The notes: generated from the sequence alone by a model not told the origin. A stretch of 64,000 nucleotides of DNA from an uncultured Methanoregulaceae archaeon (GCA_963717525.1 OY970343.1:1-64000); one strand, 5' to 3'. Counted from the stretch's first letter, positions 39,867 to 51,644 are shown. Numbers and translations: made by a program.

Positions 39867-41015
39867 GTGAAAACAGCAATGTACGCAAACATGAAACGCA
39901 TGAACAATGAGATGGCAGTCTCACCGATTGTTGCGACGCTCGTCCTTATCGTCGTCGCCGTCATCGGTGCAGTTGCCGTAGGTACCATTATGGGTACCTT
40001 CTCAACCCAAGTATCGAAACAGGCATCCGCTTCTCAGGCCGCATCTGCATCATCAACTGAGATTCTCATCGCCGGCTCGACCACGCTCCTCCCGGCTGAG
40101 CTTAACCTCCAGACCGACTACCAGAAGGCCAACCCCGGCTACCAGCTGAACGTCCAGGGTGGCGGCTCGGGCGCCGGTGTGGCATCAGTAGCAGAGGGAA
40201 TCTCTGACATCGGTGCAGCATCCTCGGCAAGCACGATTACAGGCGCTCAGACGGCAAACCCGAACAACCCTGCCTACCAGAACCTCTACTACACCATGAT
40301 CGGTGGCCGTGGCGTCGTCTTCATTCAGGATGCAAGCATGATAGCAGACCCGAGTAATGTTGTTAGCACTGCAGACCTGAACGCTGCATACCTCGATGCA
40401 AGCGGCAACGGCGGCAAGACCACTGCTGTAACTACTAACCTCACCCACATCGGCACGACAATGGAACAGCGCGAAGCAGGTTCCGGCACGATGTCAACCG
40501 CATTCGGCTGGATTGGCGGCAGCGCAAAGGGTAACACATCCACCGGTTACAACAACCTTCCGACCCAGAACGGAAACGCAGCAATGCTCGCAGCAGTCCA
40601 GGCAGGAACCTCGACTGCCCCGGTCATCGGCTTCGTTGACGCAGGCTATGCATTCACCGGCTCAGTGACCAGCAACGTCACCGCATCGGGTATCTCGGTT
40701 ATGGGCGTTGTAGATGGAACTCAGACAGCAGCATATGTTCCGACCCACGCCAACATCAAGGCAGCACTCAAGGACTGGGTCAAGGGCAACTCTCAGGGAA
40801 CCAACTACCCCCAGAAGCTCACCGGCGGTCTCTACTGGATCACCGCGGGAACTGTACCCACCCAGTCGGTCAACGGTATTATCACAGCCCCAGGTACCAG
40901 CGCAGCCAGCTCAGTTGTTACCAACCTGATCACCTTCGCCCAGTCCCCGGGTGAGGCAACCGCGTTCAACAACGCCGGCATGTACTCGCTCTACGACTTT
41001 GCACCGACCAGCTAA
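39867..41015 (+). CDS. pstS: Phosphate-binding protein PstS with N-terminal type IV pilin (class III) signal
   Basis: NNEMA|VSPIVATLVLIVVAVIGAVAV; IAGSTT, GGGSGAG, DIGAAS, REAGSGT; precedes pstC-pstA; start may be ATG 39879 or 39891. Confidence 0.9.
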   Translation: MKTAMYANMKRMNNEMAVSPIVATLVLIVVAVIGAVAVGTIMGTFSTQVSKQASASQAASASSTEILIAGSTTLLPAELNLQTDYQKANPGYQLNVQGGGSGAGVASVAEGISDIGAASSASTITGAQTANPNNPAYQNLYYTMIGGRGVVFIQDASMIADPSNVVSTADLNAAYLDASGNGGKTTAVTTNLTHIGTTMEQREAGSGTMSTAFGWIGGSAKGNTSTGYNNLPTQNGNAAMLAAVQAGTSTAPVIGFVDAGYAFTGSVTSNVTASGISVMGVVDGTQTAAYVPTHANIKAALKDWVKGNSQGTNYPQKLTGGLYWITAGTVPTQSVNGIITAPGTSAASSVVTNLITFAQSPGEATAFNNAGMYSLYDFAPTS

Positions 41016-41034
41016 GCTAACAACTCAAACCACA

Positions 41035-41048
41035 TTTTTTTCTTTTTT
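41035..41048 (+). terminator. T-rich archaeal terminator between pstS and pstC
   Basis: TTTTTTTCTTTTTT right after the pstS stop. Confidence 0.6.
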
Positions 41049-41051
41049 ACA

Positions 41052-41972
41052 ATGAACGAAAAGACCGATCTCCACGAAGTACTCTTTCTTTCCTGTGCCG
41101 TGGTGACCGCGTTAAGTGTCATCGTAATCATCGGGTACATTATTTACGCTGCCTCGCCGGTTCTCGAGCGCGAGGGGCTCGGTTTTATCTTCGGATCGAC
41201 GTGGGACTATACATCTCACCAGTTTGGTATCTGGTCGTTTATCGTCGCAACTCTGATGGTAACCGTCGCCACTATTGTACTCGCTGTCCCGCTGGGCCTT
41301 GCAACCGCACTCTTTCTCTCGGAATGGGCCCCGCCGTGGCTCGACCAAGTGCTCAGTACGCTCATCGAACTGCTGGTGGGAATACCGTCTGTCGTATACG
41401 GTATCTTCGGCTTTTTTGTCCTGCGGAGTTATTTCAATGATTTCATCAACCCGTTCATAGGAAATACACTTGGTTTCATTCCCCTCTTCAGGTATGACAA
41501 TAACAACGGGATAGGCTTCCCGCTGGCAGCCACTGTCCTTGCCATCATGATCCTGCCGACCATCGTCGCCCTCTCGCGGGAGGCGATGCGCGGGGTGCCC
41601 GTGGAGCTGCGTGAAGGGTCGGCTGCGCTTGGATCGACGCAGTGGGAGACCATCCGGCACCTTGTTCTTCCGGCATCCCTCTCCGGGATCATCACCGGCC
41701 TGATCCTGGGCATCATGCGTGCGATGGGAGAGACCATGGCAGTCGCGATGCTTGTAGGTAATGTGGGCGCCACCCCGGCATCGTTTTTCAATCTGGGTGA
41801 ACCGATGACCGCCAAAATTCTCCTGGATATCGGATATTATATCGTAGAGCCCGAAGGCCGGAGCGCGCTCTTTGCCATCGGTGCTGTCCTTATGGTCATG
41901 GAGATAGGGTTTGTGATCGCGATCCATATCATCAGTGACCGGCTGAAAAAACGAATGGAAGGCGCCACGTGA
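41052..41972 (+). CDS. pstC: Phosphate ABC permease PstC
   Basis: ELLVGIPSVVYG, LAIMILPT, REGSAALG, RAMGETMAV. Confidence 0.95.
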   Translation: MNEKTDLHEVLFLSCAVVTALSVIVIIGYIIYAASPVLEREGLGFIFGSTWDYTSHQFGIWSFIVATLMVTVATIVLAVPLGLATALFLSEWAPPWLDQVLSTLIELLVGIPSVVYGIFGFFVLRSYFNDFINPFIGNTLGFIPLFRYDNNNGIGFPLAATVLAIMILPTIVALSREAMRGVPVELREGSAALGSTQWETIRHLVLPASLSGIITGLILGIMRAMGETMAVAMLVGNVGATPASFFNLGEPMTAKILLDIGYYIVEPEGRSALFAIGAVLMVMEIGFVIAIHIISDRLKKRMEGAT

Positions 41973-44640
41973 ACCTCCGGAATCTCAAAGGGACAATCAT
42001 GATGGCAATCTGCGGAGCTGCCGCGCTCTTTGCCGCAGCCATGCTTCTCTATATCCTCGTGGTTATCTTCCTGAAAGGAGTGGCATCCCTGAACCCGCAT
42101 TTCATCCTGTTCTCTGAGATCAATACCGGGTTGGGGCTCGGGACCGGGGTCGGGAACGCCATTGCCGGCACTATTCTTCTCGCGGTCATATCCACTATCC
42201 TTGCAATCCCCTTGGGAGTGGGGACTGCAATCTATCTCAGGAAATATGCTTCCGACAACCAGTTAACCCGGTTCCTGCGGCTGATGATCGAGGTTCTCTC
42301 AGGCACCCCTTCGATCGTACTGGGGATTTTCGGCGTCGCCGTCCTTGTTATCTATCTCAAGCCCATTACCGGGGGAGAATCCCTCATCGCAGGAGCCATT
42401 GCACTTGGCGTCCTGATCATCCCGGTGATCGAACGCTCAACAGAGGAGGCACTTTCGCGCGTGCCCTGCGAACTGGAAGAGGGCAGCTATGCACTCGGCG
42501 CAACCAAATGGCTAACAGTCCGGAATATCGTCATTCCTTATGCCCTTTCGGGTATCATCGTCGGGGCCATCCTTGGATTCGGCAGGGCTGCGGAAGAATC
42601 GGCCGTCGTTCTCCTGACCGCGGGATATTCCCAGTACATGCCGCAATTCAGGATCGCAGTCAACCCGAACTTTTTACTCGGGATTAAGATATATCCGCTC
42701 AATGATCTCGTCGGATCACTACCGGTATTCCTGTACACATCCTATGAAAATTCCAATGTCTTTCCCGTATCCTCCATTTTTGCTGCCGGCTTTATCCTCA
42801 TCGTCATCGTATTGTTCATCAATCTCTCGGCAAAGGCCATCCTTTTCTATGCCACAGCAAAGACACATGGGCATCAAGGTGACCTTCTGTCTTCGTTTTG
42901 CGGATCTATTTCAGACCGGTTCCTCGGGAAACAACCCAAAGCATTACCTTCATATTCCGATGTAATAGATCCTGCACCCCCGGATGAAAAAAACACGAAA
43001 AAAGAAGATCCTGTTAGTGCCTCAATGCCTCCTCAAATTCGCCCGGTAGACCTTTCGTGGATAGACACAGATCCGTTAATTGATGAACCATCTTCGGGGG
43101 AGACAGAAACTCCCGAGCCCGCCCCACCTGCTGCCGAACCCCCAAAACCAGCCCCCAGGCCAACAAGAATAACGATCCGCTCGGTTGGGACCGGCATTGT
43201 ACGGCTCATTAACGCAATCCGCGAAAAAGTTCGCATGGTGGTACATGACAACCTGCAAAAGAAAACACCTGTAGATGCAGCTAAGGTTCGTGGCACTGCG
43301 GATCGTGCTGGATCTCTTCGGAAGACACAGTCGTTCAGTCCCTGGATGATAATAGGCCCAGTCCGCTCCTTCCTTCTTACGTTTGCCCCATTCGCACTGG
43401 TCGCAGTAATCCTGCTGGTTCTCACCATCATGCTGCCCCCCCTCTCACCAGTTGGATCGAATGGGCCGGCCTGCTGACCGTTCCCATCATGGCCCTCATC
43501 CTGTGTTTGATCGGGACGGTAAGTGCCCTTTTTCTGGTGCGGAACAGTACGCTCTTCCTGCTTCGGCACCAGAAGGGCCGAATGGGGAACCGGCGTGCCG
43601 AATTCGCCGGGATCGCGGTGGGATTCTGCATGGTTCTTATCGGGGCATTCATCTTTTCCGCCCATATCTTTTCACCCGTTCCATCACTCCAGTCCCCGGG
43701 TTCAGAAGCACCCGCAGAAAATGGAATATTCAGTTACTTCACACCGTCAGGAAACGGTGGGATATCTGCAATCATGTCATTGATACAGGACAACAGCCTG
43801 TTAGGCTTCCTCCACGGATCAGGATCTGCAGCCGCCAACTCCACAGCCTCATCCAACCGGGGCGCACAACTGGCAGCGTTTCTGGCTTCAGAAGAAACAC
43901 CGGCCGAAGTAACCCCCCAGAGCACCCTGGCAGCACTCCAGCCCTCTCCTGCTCCGTCTTCCTCTGCCCAAGCCATCTCCTCAGTCCCTCCCTCCGTTCC
44001 GGTCAAAAACGCACTCGATCTCGGCGAGTCCTATTGGTACGGCGATAACAGCCGCCCATGCCTTGCCACCGTCTACAATGTAACCGTCCTCCCGTTCTAT
44101 TTCTACTGGGATATGGACTGGAACCGGTTCGTTCAGGTAACACCGGTTTCGAGCGGCGACACGTTCCTTGTTGTTTTCATCCGCATCGAAGACACCGGAA
44201 ATATGAGTGCCATCGTGCCGCCGGCAACCAGTTTTGTCGTCACCTATAACGGCCAAACCTATTCCAATGAGCCGTATTTCGATCAGTCAGTCCTTGACCC
44301 GGACGAAATTACTTATTATACCGCAAATTTCAACGCCCTGCCCTACCAGTGGATCCGGGAGATCGGGCAGCAGAAGCGGGATTATGCCTTCCTGACCGGC
44401 TACAATGTCTTCGGGCAGAACCAGACCGTGATCTCTAACTATACCAACAGCGCAAACGCCCCCCCGACACCGCCCGATACGAATGGCCAGGGGTATTTCA
44501 TCAAGCCCGGGCGCAGCAACGCCATCGACGGCTACCTTATCTACGAAGTCCCCGATGCTGTTGCAGCGGATCTCCGGGACACGTATGTCCAGGTCTCCTT
44601 CAACAGTTTCAGCGCGACGCAATGGAGGCTGGGAAAATGA
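41969..44640 (+). CDS. pstA: Phosphate ABC permease PstA with long C-terminal extension (one frameshift at ~43463)
   Basis: LSGTPSIVLG, EEGSYALGA, GRAAEESA; one extra G in AATGGGCCGGC joins ORFs 41969..43477 and 43489..44640. Confidence 0.8.
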
Positions 44641-44936
44641 GAATGCCGGGCTTTCTTATAAAAAGTTCACTGGTCCGCTGAAATGAGCTGGTGGCATCGA
44701 AATTGTGGATATGATGCAGCCTCTTGGACGAACCACCCGATGTAGAAACATAGAACTCTATATTCTCAATTCAAAAGATATATTTTAACCAGAAGCGTAA
44801 TCATTTGACAAATACCGGATTTTCAAAAACTGCATATGAGATCATGGGGGTTAACGTATGGCACATTGGGAACAGTATTTCACGCAAGGGATGGTTCCGA
44901 TTCCATGCGGGATGGTCTGTTTTTGAGGATCCACCA

Positions 44937-46984
44937 ATGAAAATAAAAATTCCCTTCGACAGGAAAAGGATCCGCTTACCCCGTATCAAAAAACAGGCCC
45001 GTATCCCTCTTGTTATCGGAGCGATTATCATCCTCTTCGCACTCGGTACGTATTTCCATCTCCTGCCGAGTATCGGGAGTCTTGCGCACCTGTTCGAACC
45101 CAAGGTTACCACAGATCCGCTTCAGTCCCTGGGAGATGCAGCTACGCCTCTCAGCGCAGACCTTGCAAAACCCCTTATCGCTGACTTTCTGGCTTCTCCC
45201 GGGTACCAGTCCGATCCGCTCTCCGTGCAGTTCTTCGATATGAGCCGGGTACTCCGGGGACATGGCACTGGGATTTTGGCGACAACGTAACTTCGGATCT
45301 CCAGAATCCGGTTCATGAGTACGCGGGCCCGGACATATATAATGCCACCCTGACCGTAAGCCGGGGAGATGGCACCCAAAAAACAATAACCGCATATGAT
45401 GTGCTGGATACCCGGCAGGCCGCTGAATCTCAGATGCTGGTCGATACCATCCGCACCGGAAGCATAAAAAAAGGTTCGTTTTTATCCTTTGTATCGACAG
45501 CCAGCAACTCTTCTGTGACCGTGAACGGTGCCCGGGTGCAGTTGCCGGCAGGATCGCTGGTGAAGATCCGTGCCAATGCGGACACCACCGGGACCCTCTC
45601 CCTGCGCGGCAGCAACATTCTGGGCTGTAGTCTTGCCGATGCTACCCTCTTTATGAACGGCACACAGGCTGCCCGGGGCATTTTTTCCGACTGCTTCATC
45701 CCGTCAGTACAGAGTTATCATGCAAACCTCACTTTTGCTATCGAGCCCACCTACGGGGAGGTCCGGGAGATCTTGGTAAACGGCAACGAAGTCCTTGCCG
45801 GGCCACAGAATTCCTACATCGTCGTTTCTGAGGATTCGCAAAATCCCGGAAAGGATCTGACAGTTGTTGCAGTCCCCGGATACTATGAGGGGAGTGCGTC
45901 CCGTTACTCCATATCGCCCGCATTGATCGCCAGTTTCGTCACTGCTTCTTCCTTAGAAGGCAGCGCCCCCCTCAATGTCTCGTTTCTGGATCGCTCGGCC
46001 GGCTCACCGGATTCATGGTTATGGGATTTCGGGGATGGCACCAGTTCCCAGGAACAGAATCCTACACACCTTTATGGCTCCCCGGGATCCTACGATGTCT
46101 CTCTGACCGTGAAAAACGAGGACCAGACCGATAGCACCGCACTCCAGAACGCGGTAATTGTCACGCCTCCCCGGGTCGTCGCTAACTTTACTGCTAGTCC
46201 GCTCACCGGCCCGGAGCCCCTCACCGTCAGGTTTACCGATCAATCCACCGGGTTCCCGACATCGTGGAACTGGACCTTCCAGGAAACCTCGTGGAATATG
46301 ACCTTCTATAACACCGGCAGCACTATTTATGACACCTCTACAAACCAGAATCCTACAGAAACCTTCACAGATCCTGGCACCTATGACGTCTGGTTGACGG
46401 TCAACAACGTCTACGGCAGCAGCGACATAATCAGGCCAGGGTATGTCGTCGTTACTTCACCCTACAATATTTCGACCGATGATATCCTTGTCAAGACCGG
46501 AAAACCCGGCTATATCGAACAGGATTCAAGCGTCCAGTTTATCGTGAGCAACACACCGGCGGCCATCACCATCAACGGGACCTACTATGATCTGCCGAAA
46601 GGTGCGGTTGTACGGATCGTAGCCGGGAGCGACCAGCAAGGCGATATCACCATCGACAGCAACCGGATCCTCAAATTTGCCTTCCCGGACATGGCAGTCT
46701 ACATGAACGGTAATCTCCTTGCCGGTGGGAGGATCGACAGCATCTATATCCCGTACATGATGCAGTTCCAGACCGGCCTGACCTATTATTTCTCGCCCAA
46801 TTCGGCCCAGACATATGAGGCCATCAATGGGCAGCAGTACCTTTCCGATTTGGACAATGCCTGGATCCGTATCTACGACCTAGGTATAAACAAACAGGGA
46901 ACACTCTCCCTGATTTCAGGCAAAAACACAACCTATATCGAAGGGGCCGATAACCAGACGGTTCAGGACTGGATTCTCCAGTGA
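44937..46984 (+). CDS. Membrane-anchored surface protein with three PKD domains (frameshifts ~45250-45380)
   Basis: N-terminal TM; WDFGD / QNP.H / YxVxLTV PKD motifs. Confidence 0.82.
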
Positions 46985-47214
46985 GATGGATCCGCCTAAG
47001 ACTATGCTAGGAAAGTTCTGTCAGCAATGTCGGGCTTTCGCAAAGAGTGGTGTGAACGCAGCCACATTTTTCGATCGAATATACATCCGATCCCTGCATA
47101 CGCTTTTGGATGAATTTATCAGAAACAAACGTTTGAACCGGAACTGTGCGATGCACGTGATACCGTACAGGAAAACCTTCCATGAAACCGGAATTTAAAA
47201 AAATGTAATAAAAA

Positions 47215-47853
47215 TCACTGGCGCTGCTGCAGGAGATGCGCCATTGCCGTAATATTTGAGAGCGCGTCATCCCCATCTTCAAGAGAGGATAATCCCAAGG
47301 CCTTCGCATCCATGGCGGCAGTGCGCAGCGAGTCATCCCGGAAATCCGGATCATCTACGGACAGATATCCGGTGAGATCCCGGTTATAATCAACGAAGTG
47401 CTGTTGTGCGTTGCTCATATCGATGGAATAGATTTTCATCTCCTGTGCCAGCAGGCCGGTGAGCTGGAGGGAGTCCGGATCATTCCCGAACGTAAGGGAT
47501 GAGGTGGCGGATGAAAACGTATCGGTTGCAGATCCCAGTACGGCACTAGCAGCACCCCATTGGCCGATTGCCTGCTGGTCAGCTGCCACATCTCGCCGCA
47601 GTGCAACTGGATCGGAAGAGGGGGCGGCAGTGTCGCGGTTATAAGCATCAACGGTATTTCCGATTTGGGTGAGAGCGGAACTGACCTGGCTGTAATAGGT
47701 ACCCTGCTGATCTGCCCAGGAATTATAGTCCTGGATGACTACTGTTGTATTATGGGTATCACTCATCCGGGGAGTGGTACACCCGGCGGCTAACAGTGTG
47801 CACCCGACCAGAAAAAGGAGCAGGAAAAACCCACTGGATCGTTCCATCATCAC
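47215..47853 (-). CDS. Putative helical lipoprotein
   Basis: LLAAGC signal. Confidence 0.7.
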   Translation of the reverse strand: MMMERSSGFFLLLFLVGCTLLAAGCTTPRMSDTHNTTVVIQDYNSWADQQGTYYSQVSSALTQIGNTVDAYNRDTAAPSSDPVALRRDVAADQQAIGQWGAASAVLGSATDTFSSATSSLTFGNDPDSLQLTGLLAQEMKIYSIDMSNAQQHFVDYNRDLTGYLSVDDPDFRDDSLRTAAMDAKALGLSSLEDGDDALSNITAMAHLLQQRQ

Positions 47854-47987
47854 TAACTATAGGGATGGCTTTTTCTTCAATCTTTCGTCTATTTTTAAAA
47901 TTTATTTCTTACTCGCAAAGACCATACCCATAAATAATGATAATCGATAATAGAATAATTTAAGACTATAGTAAATCAAATAAAAAT

Positions 47988-49319
47988 ATGTATAAACTGG
48001 GAACGGTTATCTGTCTCTTCGTCGTTATGCTGGTCTGGGCATGCGGCTGTACTTCCGTTCCCGCGTCAGGTACCGCACAGGCGGGACCGTCTGTGGCGAC
48101 ACCCACGCTGCCGGCGATGTATGTTGCCGGGGAAACGACACTCACGGCAGGGAGTGCCACGATCACATCGACGCCGATACCGGCGAACGCAACAGCCGCA
48201 AATATCGTTGGCGCACAAGTGAACACAACCCTCACGGAAGTTACGATAGCCTGCACGGGGCAAACCTGTACCAGCGGCACAACCAATAGTACCATATCCG
48301 GTTCCAGCACTACCACGGTGAGTGCCCCGGTGAGCGCCATTGCCGCCAACGTGACCATGGCATATGTCAAACAAAACCCGGACGTTGCAATCCAGTTTAC
48401 CGACTCCTCTTCAAACACCCCTCCGTATTCATGGATGTGGAGCTGGCGGCCGGCGGCAAACCTGACCTACGAGAGTGACCCGAGCATCGTTCTCGTCTTT
48501 AACCAGTATGGGAACTACATGGTAACCCGGAGTGTTTCAAACAGCGTGGGAACCTCAAGTTCATCAACAAATGTCTCCGTCTGTCCCCTTGTAGCCTCCT
48601 TTACCACAAACCAGACCACCGGCCCGGTACCACTCTCCGTCAGGTTCACCGACACTTCGACCGATCAGCCCGTCTCTTGGCTCTGGAACTTCGGCGATGG
48701 GAGTGCCTCGACCTTACAGAACCCGGTGCATACGTTTACCGTATCGGGTACGTTTACCGTGAGACTTGATGCAACAAACAGCCTGGGCTCCTGCTGGAAT
48801 ACGACCGGGATCTCGGTATCATCACTGGCAGCATCTTTTACCCAGAATCAGACTACCGGCCTTGTCCCGCTCGCTGTCCAGTTCACCGACACTTCGACCG
48901 ATCAGCCCGTCTCCTGGCTCTGGAACTTCGGTGATGGGAGTGCCTCGACCTTACAGAACCCGGTGCACACATATACGACTGCAGGTGTATACCTGGTCAA
49001 CCTCAGCGCATCCAACGGGTATGACGGCATGATGAGTGCGCAGCCAGTAAAGATCACGATCTGGTCCCTTCCCACCGCTTCTTTCACAGCAAGCCCGGTA
49101 ACCGGGATGCCGGGAACCTCCGTGCTTTTCAGTGACCAGAGCACCGGCTTTCCCTCCCCAGCATTCTGGTATTGGGACTTTGGCGACGGGTACACCAGCA
49201 GCCAGCAGAATCCCTCGCACCAGTATGTTAATGCCGGGACATACAATGTCAGCCATTCAGCAACAAATGCGCAGGGCATCACGTGGCTGAACAAGACCGC
49301 TTACATCACCATATCATGA
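47988..49319 (+). CDS. Exported protein with four PKD domains
   Basis: Signal ending ACGC; repeated W(N/D)FGDG..QNPxH; near-identical duplication at ~48645-48730 and ~48882-48967. Confidence 0.9.
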   Translation: MYKLGTVICLFVVMLVWACGCTSVPASGTAQAGPSVATPTLPAMYVAGETTLTAGSATITSTPIPANATAANIVGAQVNTTLTEVTIACTGQTCTSGTTNSTISGSSTTTVSAPVSAIAANVTMAYVKQNPDVAIQFTDSSSNTPPYSWMWSWRPAANLTYESDPSIVLVFNQYGNYMVTRSVSNSVGTSSSSTNVSVCPLVASFTTNQTTGPVPLSVRFTDTSTDQPVSWLWNFGDGSASTLQNPVHTFTVSGTFTVRLDATNSLGSCWNTTGISVSSLAASFTQNQTTGLVPLAVQFTDTSTDQPVSWLWNFGDGSASTLQNPVHTYTTAGVYLVNLSASNGYDGMMSAQPVKITIWSLPTASFTASPVTGMPGTSVLFSDQSTGFPSPAFWYWDFGDGYTSSQQNPSHQYVNAGTYNVSHSATNAQGITWLNKTAYITIS

Positions 49320-51490
49320 CACCCAAACCCTTGTCAGGCCGGCTTTCATCATTGTTCAGCACCGGAGGAGAGCCAGACGCTTCCCGACCGGACACTGATG
49401 CAGATGATACGCTATCCTCTGACGGCGTGCAAAAAGAAGATCACGGAACCGACGAACCTGACCTTGGAGACAAAGGGATTGGCCGCCAGCCGGAAAACCG
49501 GCGACCCGGTTCACGGATACAGAAGTTTTTCCTGTACTTCATTGAACCGGAACTGAAGCCGGAACAGCTACCTGATGTCTCCCGTACACAGGTAAAGAAA
49601 CCACGGGAAAAAAAGCCTTCCGTTCCTGTCAAAGAGAGGATCAGGGAACAGCTGGCCTCCCTGAGAAAATTGGGCCTGAAAATATCCCTCTATTTCATAG
49701 AACCCGTTGAAGAGGAGACAACGGGCATACAGGCCGAAGAGGTGCAGGCACTTCCGGAAACTGCAGCTGAAACCCTCCCTTCCATACCGGATCAGGCCAA
49801 CCTTGCGCTGTCTGTTACCGATGTGGTTCAGGCACCTGACAAACAGGTTCCCCCTCCCTCATTCATGCAGAGAATCCGGTCACTTTTGGCGTCCCCGGAA
49901 CAGAAGGAGATCCAGACGCTCGATTTCGATCCGGGTGTCCTTGACACCCCCTCCCTTGAAGGATCGCTGCGCGATGTCAATATCACCTACCTGATCGATC
50001 CCCCTTACCAATACGTCCATATCGAGTACAACAAAAAAGAGGGGTCTTTGATATATGATGTAGTCGAGCCGCAGCTCTCCGAGGATGAGAAGGTCGCTCT
50101 CGATATTATCGAGCGGGCCTTTGAGAAACTGGTGAGCACCAACCTCGAAATTATTGAAGGTGATCGGCGGACTGAATACCTCCGGGAACGGTTCTACTCA
50201 CTGGTCAACATCTTCGGGCTCAAACTCTCGGAACACCAGAAAGAGAGGATGTTTTTTACCCTCAAAAGGCAGTATCTCGGCTACAGCCGCATCGACACCC
50301 TGATGAAGGACAAGTATATCGAGGATATCAGCTGCAACGGTTCGGATATCTTCCTGTACGTCCAGCACCGTATCTATGGCTCAATCCGTACCAATGTGAA
50401 ATTCGGGGAGGTCGAGCTCAACAACTTCGTCCTGAAGCTGGCACAAGTCGGCGGCAGGCATATCTCGCTCCTCCAGCCCATCCGTGACGTTTCGCTGCCG
50501 GACGGGAGCCGGGGGAACCTGACCCTCGGCGGAGAGGTAACCAGAAAAGGATCGACATTTACCATCCGTAAATTCCGTGCAAACCCCATCTCGCCCATCG
50601 AAATGATGGACTACCACTCTGTCGATGCGATGGAGCTTGCATACCTATGGATCCTGATGGAATACAAGCGCTCGATCCTCGTCTCAGGGGGGACGGCGAC
50701 CGGGAAGACCACGTTTTTAAACGTGTTGTGCAGTTTCATTCCTCCCGAGTACAAGATCGTCTCCATCGAGGACACAGCAGAACTTAACCTAATGCACCCT
50801 AACTGGATTCAGTCCATCACCCGGGCCGGGTTCGGTAGTACCAGCGGTGGAGAGTCTGTATCTGGGTTGAGTGGTGTGTCGGCAAAAACCCCCGGGGATA
50901 TCTCGCTCTACGACCTGCTCGTCGCGGCACTGCGACAGCGCCCCGAGTTCATCATCGTAGGGGAGGTGCGGGGGAGCGAAGCGTTTACGCTCTTCCAGGC
51001 AATTGCCGTAGGGCATGCGGCTCTTGGGACTATCCACGCCGGTTCCATGGACGAGCTTCTCGCCCGCGTGGAGTCTAACCCTATGAATGTCCCACGAAGC
51101 CTCTTCTCCAACCTCGATGTGGTGATCTTTCCCATGCATATCAAGAAAGGGGAGCGGAGCATGCGGCGTTTGTCAAATATCATCGAGATGCTGGAACTCG
51201 ACCGGGATTCAGGAGATCTTATCACGAATACGGCTTTCAAATGGCTCCCTGATGTCGATGAGTTCCAGTTCCAGGGCCGGAGTTTCCTCTTTGACAAGAT
51301 CCGGGACACCCACGGGGTAAGTAAAGATCTCCTCAACCAGGAGCTCAAAGACCGGACAGCATTCCTGCGTGGCCTGCAGAAAGCAGGGATCCGGGAGTAT
51401 AATGCGGTGACTGAACAGATCCGGGCATATTACCGGGATAAACCGGCTGTGATGAAGCAGGTCGAGGGTTCATCGGAAATTGTAGGGTAG
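49316..51490 (+). CDS. Type II/IV secretion (pilus assembly) ATPase, ArlI/TadA-like
   Basis: GGTATGKT Walker A, SIEDTAEL, IIVGEVRG, GH...TIHA; ATGA overlap with the PKD gene. Confidence 0.95.
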   Translation: MTPKPLSGRLSSLFSTGGEPDASRPDTDADDTLSSDGVQKEDHGTDEPDLGDKGIGRQPENRRPGSRIQKFFLYFIEPELKPEQLPDVSRTQVKKPREKKPSVPVKERIREQLASLRKLGLKISLYFIEPVEEETTGIQAEEVQALPETAAETLPSIPDQANLALSVTDVVQAPDKQVPPPSFMQRIRSLLASPEQKEIQTLDFDPGVLDTPSLEGSLRDVNITYLIDPPYQYVHIEYNKKEGSLIYDVVEPQLSEDEKVALDIIERAFEKLVSTNLEIIEGDRRTEYLRERFYSLVNIFGLKLSEHQKERMFFTLKRQYLGYSRIDTLMKDKYIEDISCNGSDIFLYVQHRIYGSIRTNVKFGEVELNNFVLKLAQVGGRHISLLQPIRDVSLPDGSRGNLTLGGEVTRKGSTFTIRKFRANPISPIEMMDYHSVDAMELAYLWILMEYKRSILVSGGTATGKTTFLNVLCSFIPPEYKIVSIEDTAELNLMHPNWIQSITRAGFGSTSGGESVSGLSGVSAKTPGDISLYDLLVAALRQRPEFIIVGEVRGSEAFTLFQAIAVGHAALGTIHAGSMDELLARVESNPMNVPRSLFSNLDVVIFPMHIKKGERSMRRLSNIIEMLELDRDSGDLITNTAFKWLPDVDEFQFQGRSFLFDKIRDTHGVSKDLLNQELKDRTAFLRGLQKAGIREYNAVTEQIRAYYRDKPAVMKQVEGSSEIVG

Positions 51491-51644
51491 TGCCCTTTTT
51501 TGGGACTCGTTTTCAATTTTTTCTCGCCTTGCTGAAAGAACGGTTCATGCTCTCAAAAAGGAGAGAAGAAGTTTTGCCCTTCTTTTCCCGTGTGGCTTGA
51601 CCGATACGCAACAGGTGCAATCCCTTATGTACGATCTTAATTAA

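Noticed and set aside
43475..43489. Stop-codon readthrough (Sec) at the pstA TGA
   Set aside because: The downstream ORF is in a different frame; a one-base indel in a G-run explains it.
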